From a virus: DNA of 64,000 nucleotides. Shown here piece after piece: positions 29,267 to 38,352 of the stretch; the stretch's first letter is position 1; each line of letters opens with the position of its first letter. A program made the position numbers and the translations under genes. Below the pieces are notes generated by a model that saw nothing but the letters and a program-made list of their open reading frames with translations, made no database searches and was not told the origin of the DNA. The stretch is taken from IMG/VR virus record IMGVR_UViG_3300046007_007030. The stretch is one strand, 5' to 3'.

Positions 29267-31664
29267 TACGACCAAAGAGCAGCTGGACATGATCGTTCAG
29301 ACTATAGGCTTCGGTATAGTCTCTGACTTCCGACAGCTCTCTGACGCTATGCTCAACGTGTCATCAGACATTCGAAACAACTCGAATATCATAGGCGATG
29401 TCAATAGGAATCTAGCCGAGACTAGCCGGACTCTGAGTCAAGTCGAGACGAACATCTATAGACAGAGAGACGCTCGCAAATTCAGACAACTGGAATCTCA
29501 GCTCGAGAATCGTCTTAGACTCAACGGCAGTCGCAACGAAGAGACCATGAGGAGGATAGCTGACGCCCTCGATAAATTACAGAAGCAGGGCATACTAGGC
29601 GGAGCTGGAGGCAGTAAAGAAGAGGAAGATACCGGAGGTGGTGGCGTCGGTTTTGTAGAGGGATTGGTAGGCGGCCTTCTCGGTGGTAAAGCCGGTTCTT
29701 TCTTGAAGGGCGCCGCTAAGACTGTAGGTAAAGCAGGAAAATTCGGCCTTGCAGTAGGAGCGGTCGCTGCAGTGGGTGCAGCCGGATCTTATCTCATGGG
29801 TTCTGGCTCTTCAGAAGAAGAACAGGCTCCGGATGCTAACCTATCTCCCTCGGCTGCAGCTTCTGGATCGACTGGTGCCCCTACAGTAGCAAGTGACACG
29901 ATGCAGATGGGTGACGTGGGGCTAGGCGCGGGAGCGACTGTAGGCGCTGCAGCTATCGTGGAGAGAACCACGAGAACTGCCAGACAGAAGGCCATATCAA
30001 AAGTCTTGCCTAAAGTTCCCTCCTACTTATCTAAATTCGGAGGCAAACTCGCTACTACGATAGGCCTAAAGAGTATTCCTATATTCGGAGCTCTCGTGGG
30101 TGGATACTTCTCGTTTAGTCGATTCATGTCTGGTGACACTTGGACGTCTATCGGCGCGGAGTTCGTCTCTGGCGTTGCTCCTAACGTCGGTGGCTTAGGT
30201 GGTCCGGCTGGATACGTAGCGGGAGTCTCGTCTACTCTCGCCATTCAGGCGTACTTGATTACCAGAGACATCTACAATGAAGAGAATGCCATCGACATCA
30301 GAAACAACGTAGTACCGAACTTCGACGACCTCACGATGTCAGAGAAGACGCAGGTAGTCAAAGACGTCGGCGCGTATGTCGAGTCGTATGTGAATAGTCT
30401 CTTGGGTAGAGCCAAGACCGGTGATGCAGCCGTCGCTAATGCGACAGCTTCTTCTACGGCAGGAGCCGGGTCGGCACTTCCGCCGCCGTCTGCTGCACCT
30501 CCTGGCGCCGTTCCAGCGGCACCTCCGAGCTCTGCACCTCCTCCTCAAACATCTGGTCCACCTGCTCCTGAGACTCAAGCTCCTCCAGGAGTCACGACTG
30601 ATACTGCCGCACAAGCCGGAGCAGCATTGGCGGCTGCGGCCCCACCTAATCCGATACCTGATACTCCTGAAGCTAGACAGCAGATGAGCGACAGACTATA
30701 CGGACCCACGAGCGCCGGAGTCAATGAGACAGTCGACGCTGAGATTGGCGGAGGAGTAAGTCCTTCAGACACAGCAGCCTCGTTCTCCACTCAGTCGAAC
30801 CTAGGAGGTGACATCACTGCTCCTACACCAGGAGCGGCAGGTACCTACAGACCGACGTATCCACTCACTGAAGCAGACTTGAGCCCAGACGTGATTAACG
30901 TCATCGCTGGTGAGGCGCGTATGAGTGATCCTACTAGCTACTATGCCGTCATCAATAACATGATGAATAGAGTGGGCGGTCGAGGATACGGGCCTAGTGG
31001 TAACCTGAGACAAGTAGCTCGCGCTCCTGGCCAGTATGCCGGTTATAGAAAGGCGTCACCAGAAGAACAGCAGAAGATCATAGAGGCCATCAAGGCAGTC
31101 GCTGCTGGTAACGTACCAGATAACACTAATGGCTCGACTGAGTTTAGAGCTAGGTGGTACATGCTGGGCGAGGGCAGAGGGAAGACTGCATATAGGACTG
31201 CAGTAGAGCAGGGATTCAACGACCAGGGAGGAAACGTCTACTTCAGGAATCCTAAGGCACAGCTAGGTCCCTACGCTGCTTACTCAGCTGGCAACACTCC
31301 GCCAGAGCAGCAAACCTCGGAGTCATCAAAAGTGTCTAAGCCTATGGCAGAAGGCGCTACAGTCATACCTCTACCATCTGACAAACAGAAGTCCGGTGTC
31401 AGCGCAGACTTGAGACCTCCTGAGACTATGTCTGCAATAGATGATGAAAACACTGAAGACTTTAGTCAGATGCCTATCAACAATAGAAAACAGCAGCCCA
31501 ACTTAGTGGGCAGTCCGTCAGAGAACATAAGGAATAGACTCATCACTTACAGACCATTCATGGAACACATGTTCGGCACGCTGACTGATGAGCTCAGTGC
31601 TCACGTCAGTGGTGAAGTCACAGCAGATAAGGCGTTCAAAGACGCCATGAATCCGTTATCCTGA
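29256..31664 (+). CDS. Tape-measure/hub-like virion protein with a C-terminal SleB-like cell-wall hydrolase
   Basis: Coiled-coil N-terminus, Gly/Ala hydrophobic stretches, Pro-rich linker, then VIAGEAR...AVINNMMNR...QV...GQYAGY...DNTNGSTEF. Confidence 0.7.
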   Translation: MADNTTKEQLDMIVQTIGFGIVSDFRQLSDAMLNVSSDIRNNSNIIGDVNRNLAETSRTLSQVETNIYRQRDARKFRQLESQLENRLRLNGSRNEETMRRIADALDKLQKQGILGGAGGSKEEEDTGGGGVGFVEGLVGGLLGGKAGSFLKGAAKTVGKAGKFGLAVGAVAAVGAAGSYLMGSGSSEEEQAPDANLSPSAAASGSTGAPTVASDTMQMGDVGLGAGATVGAAAIVERTTRTARQKAISKVLPKVPSYLSKFGGKLATTIGLKSIPIFGALVGGYFSFSRFMSGDTWTSIGAEFVSGVAPNVGGLGGPAGYVAGVSSTLAIQAYLITRDIYNEENAIDIRNNVVPNFDDLTMSEKTQVVKDVGAYVESYVNSLLGRAKTGDAAVANATASSTAGAGSALPPPSAAPPGAVPAAPPSSAPPPQTSGPPAPETQAPPGVTTDTAAQAGAALAAAAPPNPIPDTPEARQQMSDRLYGPTSAGVNETVDAEIGGGVSPSDTAASFSTQSNLGGDITAPTPGAAGTYRPTYPLTEADLSPDVINVIAGEARMSDPTSYYAVINNMMNRVGGRGYGPSGNLRQVARAPGQYAGYRKASPEEQQKIIEAIKAVAAGNVPDNTNGSTEFRARWYMLGEGRGKTAYRTAVEQGFNDQGGNVYFRNPKAQLGPYAAYSAGNTPPEQQTSESSKVSKPMAEGATVIPLPSDKQKSGVSADLRPPETMSAIDDENTEDFSQMPINNRKQQPNLVGSPSENIRNRLITYRPFMEHMFGTLTDELSAHVSGEVTADKAFKDAMNPLS

Positions 31665-33481
31665 TGATCAACGTAGAACTCCAGAGACTAAAGACTCGCG
31701 TTGGTAACTCGTTCTTGCGTGCGTTCTATCCTATCGACTATCGCAGTACTCAAAACATTATCAGTAATCTCGATAAGCTACTGGAGCGCGAGACCAGAGA
31801 ACTGCGCACGATGTCTTCTACTACTAGTCAGATAAGTCAGAAGATCGGTAGGACTATAAACACTCTGGCAGAAGAAGTTGACAAGAGTCAGAGAGCGCTG
31901 GACGACTTACAAAATAAGCTAAGCGCCAGCGACGAGATTTTGCTCGAAAGAATGACGCAGATGGAGCAGTCGTCATTAAACCTGAACGGTCTGCTAGGCG
32001 CGCTGGCCGGCGCTGGTCTCGGGTCTAGGAGAGGTGATGGGAAGGCGCCAAAATCGAAGAGTCCACCGAAAGGAGCTCCTCCTGATAAGTCGCCGAAGAC
32101 GAAGAGTAGATTCAAGCTGCCTGGAGGACTCGGTCTAGTTGGAACTGCTATAACTCTCTGGTCGATGTGGGATGAGTTGAGCTCGCTCGACCCCAATGTG
32201 AAGAAAGAAGAGTACAAACAGAATGTAGCTCAGATCATCATAAGAACCGCTGCCTCAGTAGGACTGATGTACGTAGGCGCAGTAGTAGGAGGCATAGTCG
32301 CAGGAGCGATCGCTGGTCCTGGAGCAATAGTAGGATTCATAGGCGGCCTATTAGGCGGCGCTGCCCTAGACTTCTTTTACGGAGACAGCGTAGACGATAT
32401 CGTAAATCAAGTCGTCGACTATCTCTATACTGGAGACGATGAAGAGACTCCACAGCCGACGGAAGAAGACGTCAAGGCCGTCGAAGACGCGACAGTCTCT
32501 ATGAGAGAGACTACTGCGCCTCCTCTACAGCCTCCACAAAACGTAGCGCCAGAGATGAGTGCAGCAGCTGCTGCAGCGGCTGCTACGGGTATAAGTTCAG
32601 AGACTAGAGCCCAGTTCGTCGGCCCTCCTATAGCAGGACCTACACCTCCGGTACCTCCTGCCTTCCAAGTAGTCGACGGTCCTGTCATGGATCCTGCTCC
32701 AATAGAAGAGATAGACTTCGAGCCTCCAATAAATGAGACTTCTAGAGGTCTGGATTCTCAAAAAGTAGTCGACGATGCTCTGCGCAGGGCTAAGACTATC
32801 GTAGATCAGAATGAAGAAGAAGCGGGAGGTATCACTGATCCTAACGACACTACTGCGACTATCGACACGAGCCAGAATTTAGCAGGTGGAACAGAAGAGC
32901 AAGCGATAAGACCCTCGCAGTCTGTGACTGGAGGGGCTGAGCTAGTTTTTCAGTTACAGGGGAAGAATAGGTCAGGCATGCCAAATGCCGACGTGTTGAA
33001 TCTAGTGGCAGCAGCTGCGGCGTCTGTCGGCATGGAGAAGATAGCCGTAACTAGCGGCAAGGGCGATTACATCAGTCCTGCTGGAAGAGCCAAGGGGCAG
33101 AAGTCGACTTTCCACTCGACTGGTAAGGCCGTAGACGTGGCTGGATTTAGCAGCCAGCAACAGAAAATAGCATTCGCACAGGCAGCTATATCATTGGGAG
33201 CCGGTGGCATAGGAGCCTACAGAAATGGATCTCTTCACGTAGACACTGGACCTAGGAGGTCTTGGAATTGGGGTGATCCTAACTTCCCGAAGCTAGCCGA
33301 AGGCGCGAAGATCGAACCAACTAATGGAGGTACTCTGGCCCTCATTGGCGAGGCCGGAGAGCCAGAGTACGTCGTACCTCAGAGCAAAGCCATTAAGTTC
33401 GCTCATGAGATGATCTCGGCACAACCACGTTACAAAACTAAGAAGCATACTCACTACGTGATCGTGCCGATTCTCTCTTAA
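31664..33481 (+). CDS. Second tape-measure-like virion protein with a peptidase M15-like domain
   Basis: VTSG...STFHSTGKAVDV...GGIGAY...LHVDTG (H-x6-D...H zinc motif); C-terminal ALIGEAGEPEYVVP motif. Confidence 0.7.
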   Translation: MINVELQRLKTRVGNSFLRAFYPIDYRSTQNIISNLDKLLERETRELRTMSSTTSQISQKIGRTINTLAEEVDKSQRALDDLQNKLSASDEILLERMTQMEQSSLNLNGLLGALAGAGLGSRRGDGKAPKSKSPPKGAPPDKSPKTKSRFKLPGGLGLVGTAITLWSMWDELSSLDPNVKKEEYKQNVAQIIIRTAASVGLMYVGAVVGGIVAGAIAGPGAIVGFIGGLLGGAALDFFYGDSVDDIVNQVVDYLYTGDDEETPQPTEEDVKAVEDATVSMRETTAPPLQPPQNVAPEMSAAAAAAAATGISSETRAQFVGPPIAGPTPPVPPAFQVVDGPVMDPAPIEEIDFEPPINETSRGLDSQKVVDDALRRAKTIVDQNEEEAGGITDPNDTTATIDTSQNLAGGTEEQAIRPSQSVTGGAELVFQLQGKNRSGMPNADVLNLVAAAAASVGMEKIAVTSGKGDYISPAGRAKGQKSTFHSTGKAVDVAGFSSQQQKIAFAQAAISLGAGGIGAYRNGSLHVDTGPRRSWNWGDPNFPKLAEGAKIEPTNGGTLALIGEAGEPEYVVPQSKAIKFAHEMISAQPRYKTKKHTHYVIVPILS

Positions 33482-34410
33482 GAGTCGCCAGCGAGAGTCT
33501 TGAAGAACTCGAGGCTCTCATCATCATCTTCGACCACTGCGCTCTTCTTCGACTCCTTCGGCGTAGACCAAGGGAGCTCATCGTCGTCGCTCTGCTTAGG
33601 AGCAGGAGCGGCCTTACGAGGAGCTGGAGTCTCGACCACGCTGTCAGTCAAGACATCATCGAGACCGAGCACCTTGTAGAGCTTGGCCTTCAGATCGTCG
33701 TACGACTTGAAGTTGGAAGGATCGAGGAAGGGCTTCAGCTTGTGCTGCCTCTTCCAGATCTTCTCGAGCTTGGCGTCGTCGTCGAGCAACGGACCAGACT
33801 CAGAGAACTGAGACTTGTCGTAGTTGCGATAGCCCTCGACGTTGCGGATCTTGATCTGGAAGTTGGCGCCGTCCCAGAGATCGAACGGGTTCAGCGGCTC
33901 CTCGTCCGGGAACTGCGGATGCATGACTTCCTGGAGCTTGTCGAAGATCTTCTTGCCATACTTGAAGAGAAACACCTTGCCCTCGTTCTCAGGGTTGGCG
34001 GGATCCTTCAGCACGATGATGTTGGAGATGTAGGTGAGGCGACGCTTCTGCGCGCGAGCCTGACGACGCTGAGGAGAGTTGTCGTCCTCGGTAGCGTTCC
34101 AGAGCTTGGAGTTGTACTCGCCGACAGGATCCTTCTCGTTAGGACCGAGAGAGGTGCGGGAGTTCTCGATGTACCATCCGCCTGGTCCCTTGAATCCGTG
34201 GTCCCAGATGCGAATGAACGGTACGTCTTCACCCTCGGTTGGGGGGAGGAAGCGAATCACGGCGTAGCCGTTACCGGCCTTGTCCACGGCCGGATACCAG
34301 ATACGGTCGTCTGCTGACTGCTGATTGGTCTTGGTGTTGAGCTTATTGAGTTCCGCGGTGAGTGTCTCGAGCTGAGACGTGCGGTTCTTCTTGAGGGAAG
34401 CGAAGTCCAT
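33478..34410 (-). CDS. gp32: Single-stranded DNA-binding protein gp32
   Basis: DKAGNGYAVIRFLP, GWYIENS, NEGKVFLFKYGKKIFDK and NPFDLWDGANF..KIR.VEGYRNYDKS motifs; acidic tail. Confidence 0.96.
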   Translation of the reverse strand: MDFASLKKNRTSQLETLTAELNKLNTKTNQQSADDRIWYPAVDKAGNGYAVIRFLPPTEGEDVPFIRIWDHGFKGPGGWYIENSRTSLGPNEKDPVGEYNSKLWNATEDDNSPQRRQARAQKRRLTYISNIIVLKDPANPENEGKVFLFKYGKKIFDKLQEVMHPQFPDEEPLNPFDLWDGANFQIKIRNVEGYRNYDKSQFSESGPLLDDDAKLEKIWKRQHKLKPFLDPSNFKSYDDLKAKLYKVLGLDDVLTDSVVETPAPRKAAPAPKQSDDDELPWSTPKESKKSAVVEDDDESLEFFKTLAGDS

Positions 34411-34510
34411 AGTATTCTCCGTATTGCGTTGTATATTGCGTATGCTTAATATGCGGGCTTACGCCCATTCTATATATCATGCCAGGGCAAAAGATGGAAC
34501 AGAAAAATTA

Positions 34511-35086
34511 TCAGTTCCTCACGTATTTCTTGAGAACGATCTCTCGAAACTTGTCCTTCTCGAACTTGAGAAACGGTCTGTACTTGACCAGCTTTCTCCT
34601 GATAGTAGGCCACATGACGGTGTCCTCTATCTTCTTATCCCAAGCCTCGATGATGTTAGCCAAGGAGTCTATCACTAGGATAGTCTCGGCAGACACCTTC
34701 TTCTGCATGTACATCTTCAGTAGTTGAGGGTGTTGCCCGTCTTCTACCTTGACGGCCTGCTTCAAGTCCTCGATCTTCTCGAGCTCCTCGCTGAACCTGT
34801 AGGTCAGCGACTGCGTCCTCTTTACCCAATCACGATATACTCGCTCGGCGTCTTCTTGTGTGAGGTCGCGCGAGTAGCTCTTGTCGTTCTCGAGAAAGTT
34901 GGCGACTAGGAATTCCAATAGGTCTTCCTTGCGCGCCAGCTTCTCGAAGAAGTACCTGTCCTTACGAGCGTAGAAGGACTCCAGCTTAGCCGGCACCTTA
35001 CCGCGATACTTGAAGTAGTCGTATCCGTCACGCTCGAAGTGGTTTTTCACCGCCAGGTAGGTGGTGTATGCCTCGAATGGATTCAT
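34511..35086 (-). CDS. gp59: Helicase loader gp59
   Basis: YLAVKNHF...YDYFKYRGK...RKDRYFFEKL and HPQLLK...VSAET motifs; adjacent to gp32. Confidence 0.9.
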   Translation of the reverse strand: MNPFEAYTTYLAVKNHFERDGYDYFKYRGKVPAKLESFYARKDRYFFEKLARKEDLLEFLVANFLENDKSYSRDLTQEDAERVYRDWVKRTQSLTYRFSEELEKIEDLKQAVKVEDGQHPQLLKMYMQKKVSAETILVIDSLANIIEAWDKKIEDTVMWPTIRRKLVKYRPFLKFEKDKFREIVLKKYVRN

Positions 35087-35224
35087 AATTTACTCTCTCA
35101 TATCCAGCGAATGGTCCACCATGAATGCAGTCGATGTAGTCTTTATGACGCCAGCACTTATGACAACATGGACAATAGCATTGCACATATAGATGTGGAT
35201 CATCTATATGATTAAGTCTTCGCT

Positions 35225-35464
35225 TCATATAGGAAGGTGTGCGGTCTTCGGAATAAAGTTGAGAGCCTCGGCCTCCAATTGAATGTTGGCCTTAACGACA
35301 GTAGACATCTTGATGATGTTAGCCACCGTCTCGATCTCCATGTTGTTCTTCTCGGCATAGTGAATGGCGGCGTCTATATAAGGAATGTCTTTCTCCATAA
35401 CGAGCTTCTCTATACCACGAAGGATCTCAGAAGACGACCTCATTGACTTGATATTGACTTTCAT
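35225..35464 (-). CDS. gp33: Late transcription coactivator gp33
   Basis: IEKLV...YIDAAIHYAEKNNMEIETVA...IQLEAEALNFI. Start reassigned to MKVNIK. Confidence 0.85.
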   Translation of the reverse strand: MKVNIKSMRSSSEILRGIEKLVMEKDIPYIDAAIHYAEKNNMEIETVANIIKMSTVVKANIQLEAEALNFIPKTAHLPI

Positions 35465-35466
35465 TC

Positions 35467-35682
35467 TCAGGCGTCTTTCTTCGATACGAAGGCATTGAGA
35501 GTCTCGGCCGCCTTGATGACGTCCTCGACTGATACTACTGGAACTGTCGGGAAGGAAACCTTCATGTCGTCGCGGATCAAGTGCCAATCGTTTTCTAGGC
35601 GAATGCGCTCCGACATTACTCGCTCGTTCTCGATCTGTTGAGCGAGCTTGAGCAGCTCGAGTCGAATCTCAAAGGGGTTCAT
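35467..35682 (-). CDS. Conserved hypothetical protein
   Basis: NPFEIRLELLKLA...EDVIKAAETLNAFVS with a good AGGAG RBS. Confidence 0.75.
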   Translation of the reverse strand: MNPFEIRLELLKLAQQIENERVMSERIRLENDWHLIRDDMKVSFPTVPVVSVEDVIKAAETLNAFVSKKDA

Positions 35683-35704
35683 GATATACTCCTGTGTTTA
35701 TGTT

Positions 35705-36030
35705 GAGAGTGGTGGGTTTATTCTGTTTCCAAGTCAAACCCACCGAAAACTCATGTCAGGCCGCTAGGGCGAGACGAGGTGCATAGTTGTCGTTTGCACT
35801 TAACGTTTTGCGCTTGACGTAGTCGCCTACGATTATCTCCAGTCGCCTATTACACTCTTGTCGAATCCTAAGCTCGCCCCCATCAAGAACACACCGATTA
35901 TCATATCTCATCGGCTAGCACGATATAAGACCACACGCTCTATTCGGTGGCTGGTGTGTTCGTGGTGGAGGCGCCGGGAGTTGCACCCGGGTCCAAGTAG
36001 TCTTTCAACTTCCTTCTACGATAATTCTGT
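35705..36030 (-). ncRNA. ssrA: Circularly permuted two-piece tmRNA
   Basis: On the minus strand: an acceptor piece ending CCGGG-TGCAACT-CCCGG-CGCCTCC-A-CCA (35963), an 81-nt intervening segment, then a coding piece starting GGGGGCG...GGATTCGAC (35881; G3:U pair). Tag frame ANDNYAPRLALAA* at 35797-35756. Outer ends approximate. Confidence 0.92.
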
Positions 36031-36250
36031 CTTGTCAATCCTAGTTCACTCCCATCAAAGATGCATCTTTGGCCATTTTAGATGAGCCTCAGCATATTTC
36101 TTTCCCATCGTCTCAGAATCAACCAATATTGTTACTTTGACGTTGGTTTCAAGAATAATAAATTCTTCGATCTTTTTAAGTTTCATGATGCATCTTTGGT
36201 GGAGGCGCCGGAGTTGCACCTGGGTTCAAGTACCTTCTACGATAATTCTA
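36029..36250 (-). pseudogene. Degenerate duplicate of the tmRNA tRNA-like domain
   Basis: A second AGAATTATCGTAGAAGG...TGCAACTCCGGCGCCTCCACCA and a second 5' piece GGGAGTGAACTAGGATTGACAAGA, with no tag region of its own. Confidence 0.75.
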
Positions 36251-36258
36251 TTCGCTAT

Positions 36259-36477
36259 TTATGTCTTGTCCATCAAATTCTTGGAGTCTACCTTGCCCTT
36301 AGCACCTCTGATGGACCCGTCTTTCAATATTGAGATGACCTTGTACTTCTCTAAGTAGGAGAACGCTCCTTCTATTCCTAGGAGGATGCCGTCTTGCCTG
36401 CCTCTCGAGTGACTAAGGTACGCGCAAGCCCCGAAGCAGCCGACGATAGCGGCGATCATCCAGTATTCTAAGTACAT
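36259..36477 (-). CDS. Small membrane protein
   Basis: N-terminal hydrophobic helix; GAGGA RBS. Confidence 0.65.
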   Translation of the reverse strand: MYLEYWMIAAIVGCFGACAYLSHSRGRQDGILLGIEGAFSYLEKYKVISILKDGSIRGAKGKVDSKNLMDKT

Positions 36478-37187
36478 GTCTCATTCCTCTCTATCAGGCC
36501 GCGGAAGTACTCTTGCGTGTGACCGTGCCTGGCGTGATAGCCCTTGAAGTAGTCCCTCGCTACTTCTATATAGTCTTGGGTGTCCTTGTGAAACACCTGC
36601 ATACCCTCTGGGGAGGAGATCAGCACTGCGAACTTTTCAATCGGCCTACCGAACCTCTCTCGTAGCATCAGAGCGTAGGCGGTCGCCTGAATAAAGTAGT
36701 TCTCGATCCACTCCTCTTTCTTCAACTTCGAGGATGACTTGAAGTCCACGACTGTGGGCTTCCCATCGAATACGCAGAAGCAGTCACACCTGCCGGCCAC
36801 TCCTAAGTCGAGAGAGTACATCGGAAATTCTTGAGCATATACTACACTGATTCGCTCATCGAGTACAGGCTTCATTTTAGAGAAGAGCTCGAGCTCTCCA
36901 GGAAACGCCTTGCGATCGTAGTCAGGCACATTGTCTAGGTAGTTCTCGCACATCGTGTGTAGTCTAGTACCGAGAGAGGCGGCCTCACGACCTATCCTGT
37001 TAGCCTCTTCCTCGCCGACTCTACGGCGCCACTCCATCAGCGAGTCCTTCTTCATATCCCCGAGAGCGGTAGTCACAGACGGAAAGAGGACCCCGTCAGC
37101 ATTCTCGTACAGACGGAATCCTCCCTCGAGTGTGTGAGACTTTAGTTCTTCAAATGATAGGCGCTGGTGTAAGAACTCCTTACGCGT
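36468..37187 (-). CDS. PD-(D/E)XK (RecB/Cas4-like) exonuclease; start uncertain
   Basis: FPSVTT, WRRRVGEEEANRI, GTRLH, AGRCDC, VDFKSS and YFIQATAYA motifs. Confidence 0.85.
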   Translation of the reverse strand, partial: TRKEFLHQRLSFEELKSHTLEGGFRLYENADGVLFPSVTTALGDMKKDSLMEWRRRVGEEEANRIGREAASLGTRLHTMCENYLDNVPDYDRKAFPGELELFSKMKPVLDERISVVYAQEFPMYSLDLGVAGRCDCFCVFDGKPTVVDFKSSSKLKKEEWIENYFIQATAYALMLRERFGRPIEKFAVLISSPEGMQVFHKDTQDYIEVARDYFKGYHARHGHTQEYFRGLIERNETCT

Positions 37188-37935
37188 ATCCGAGATTTGT
37201 CTTAGCGATGATGTAGTCACGTACCAATCCTGATCTGACGATGTCGTCTTTACCGAATTCAACATAAGCGAAGTTGCGTAATTTGTCAACTATGTCCATG
37301 AACTTCAACAACCCATTACGATCCTCGCTCTTGACCAGATCCGACTGTCTGAAGTCACCGCAGAATATGATCCTGCAGTTCTTACCGACTCGAGTGATGA
37401 CCGAGTCTATCTCATGGAAAGTCATGTTCTCGACTTCGTCTACTATGATGACGGAGTCGTTGATGGTGGTTCCTCTGATGAATGATGTAGTGATGAAGTT
37501 TATGATCTTCTTTTGCTTGAGTACGTCGTATGCGTCTCCGCGATTGAAGAGGTCCTTCGCGATCGGGAAGTACGGCATCTCATAGGCTCTAGACTTCTCG
37601 CCCTGGTTGCCAGGTAGAAAGCCCATGTCGCGAGTAGGAACGACAGAGCGAACGATAGTAACATCATTGTAGGCCTCCTTGTTAATCACGTCTTCGAGTG
37701 CTAGGTACATCGAGATGAAGGTCTTGCCAGTTCCGGCCATGCCGTGAAGCATCAGGTTCTTGCCGACCTCGTAGGCCTCGAATGTCTTCTGCTGATTCTC
37801 AGTCAATGGCATGACTCGCTTCAGCATCATATTTCCTAGGCCGCGACGAGCCTGATTGGGATCGTAGTGAAGTTTCTCCTTCTTTTTGAGCTGTCTTTTT
37901 TGTTTTCTTGTTAGCTCTTGGATCTCTTCGTACAT
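37180..37935 (-). CDS. phoH: PhoH-like ATPase
   Basis: GMAGTGKT Walker A, MGFLPG, SFIRGTT, IIVDEVEN, CGDFRQSDL and DDIVRSGLV motifs. Confidence 0.95.
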   Translation of the reverse strand: MYEEIQELTRKQKRQLKKKEKLHYDPNQARRGLGNMMLKRVMPLTENQQKTFEAYEVGKNLMLHGMAGTGKTFISMYLALEDVINKEAYNDVTIVRSVVPTRDMGFLPGNQGEKSRAYEMPYFPIAKDLFNRGDAYDVLKQKKIINFITTSFIRGTTINDSVIIVDEVENMTFHEIDSVITRVGKNCRIIFCGDFRQSDLVKSEDRNGLLKFMDIVDKLRNFAYVEFGKDDIVRSGLVRDYIIAKTNLGYA

Positions 37936-37942
37936 GGAACTC

Positions 37943-38197
37943 CTAGAACGTGTTAATCGTTGACTTACTCAACCCTCCCGAGTGTCGCTTCTTCATATCC
38001 TTGAGTAGATCTCTAAATCCCGAGTCGGGCTTGTTCTTCACCCCCTTGACCGATAGACTGGTGGGGTCGAGGAGAGGCGTAGGATAAAGTACTTGTTGCA
38101 CATCCGGATTACTACGTAAGTACTCGGCGTGCTCGCTCATGCTCATGAATTCTGACCACTCTTTACCAGTGGAGTCAGTGAATGTGTAAGTCGGCAT
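37943..38197 (-). CDS. FmdB-like small protein
   Basis: MPTYTF...YLRSNP...GFRDLL pattern typically found upstream of phoH in T4-like phages. Confidence 0.65.
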   Translation of the reverse strand: MPTYTFTDSTGKEWSEFMSMSEHAEYLRSNPDVQQVLYPTPLLDPTSLSVKGVKNKPDSGFRDLLKDMKKRHSGGLSKSTINTF

Positions 38198-38352
38198 CAG
38201 GTGTCATAATCCTCGTCTTCGTCCTTGCGCTTCTTCTTGGCGAACTCCGCGATTCGCTTGGCGCGACGATTGTCCTTATTCTGGTGTGGCGCGAAGTAGT
38301 TACCATACTCGGCGTCGTTGTACTCAGACTCTTTATGAAAGATCTTGTTCAT
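38197..38352 (-). CDS. Small charged hypothetical protein (51 aa)
   Basis: MNKIFHKESEY...EDYDT*; overlaps both neighbours; below the ORF-track cutoff. Confidence 0.55.
   Translation of the reverse strand: MNKIFHKESEYNDAEYGNYFAPHQNKDNRRAKRIAEFAKKKRKDEDEDYDT

Noticed and set aside
30420-30700. Pro/Ala-rich low-complexity tract as a repeat element
   Set aside because: It is a flexible linker within the 802-aa CDS with no nucleotide-level periodicity.
35963-36250. Prophage attL/attR with an integrase at the tmRNA
   Set aside because: There is no integrase in the window and the whole window is phage-like; the duplication is only about 230 bp.
36468-37289. Cas4 as part of a CRISPR system
   Set aside because: No other cas genes or array are present; a stand-alone exonuclease next to phoH is usual in T4-like phages.
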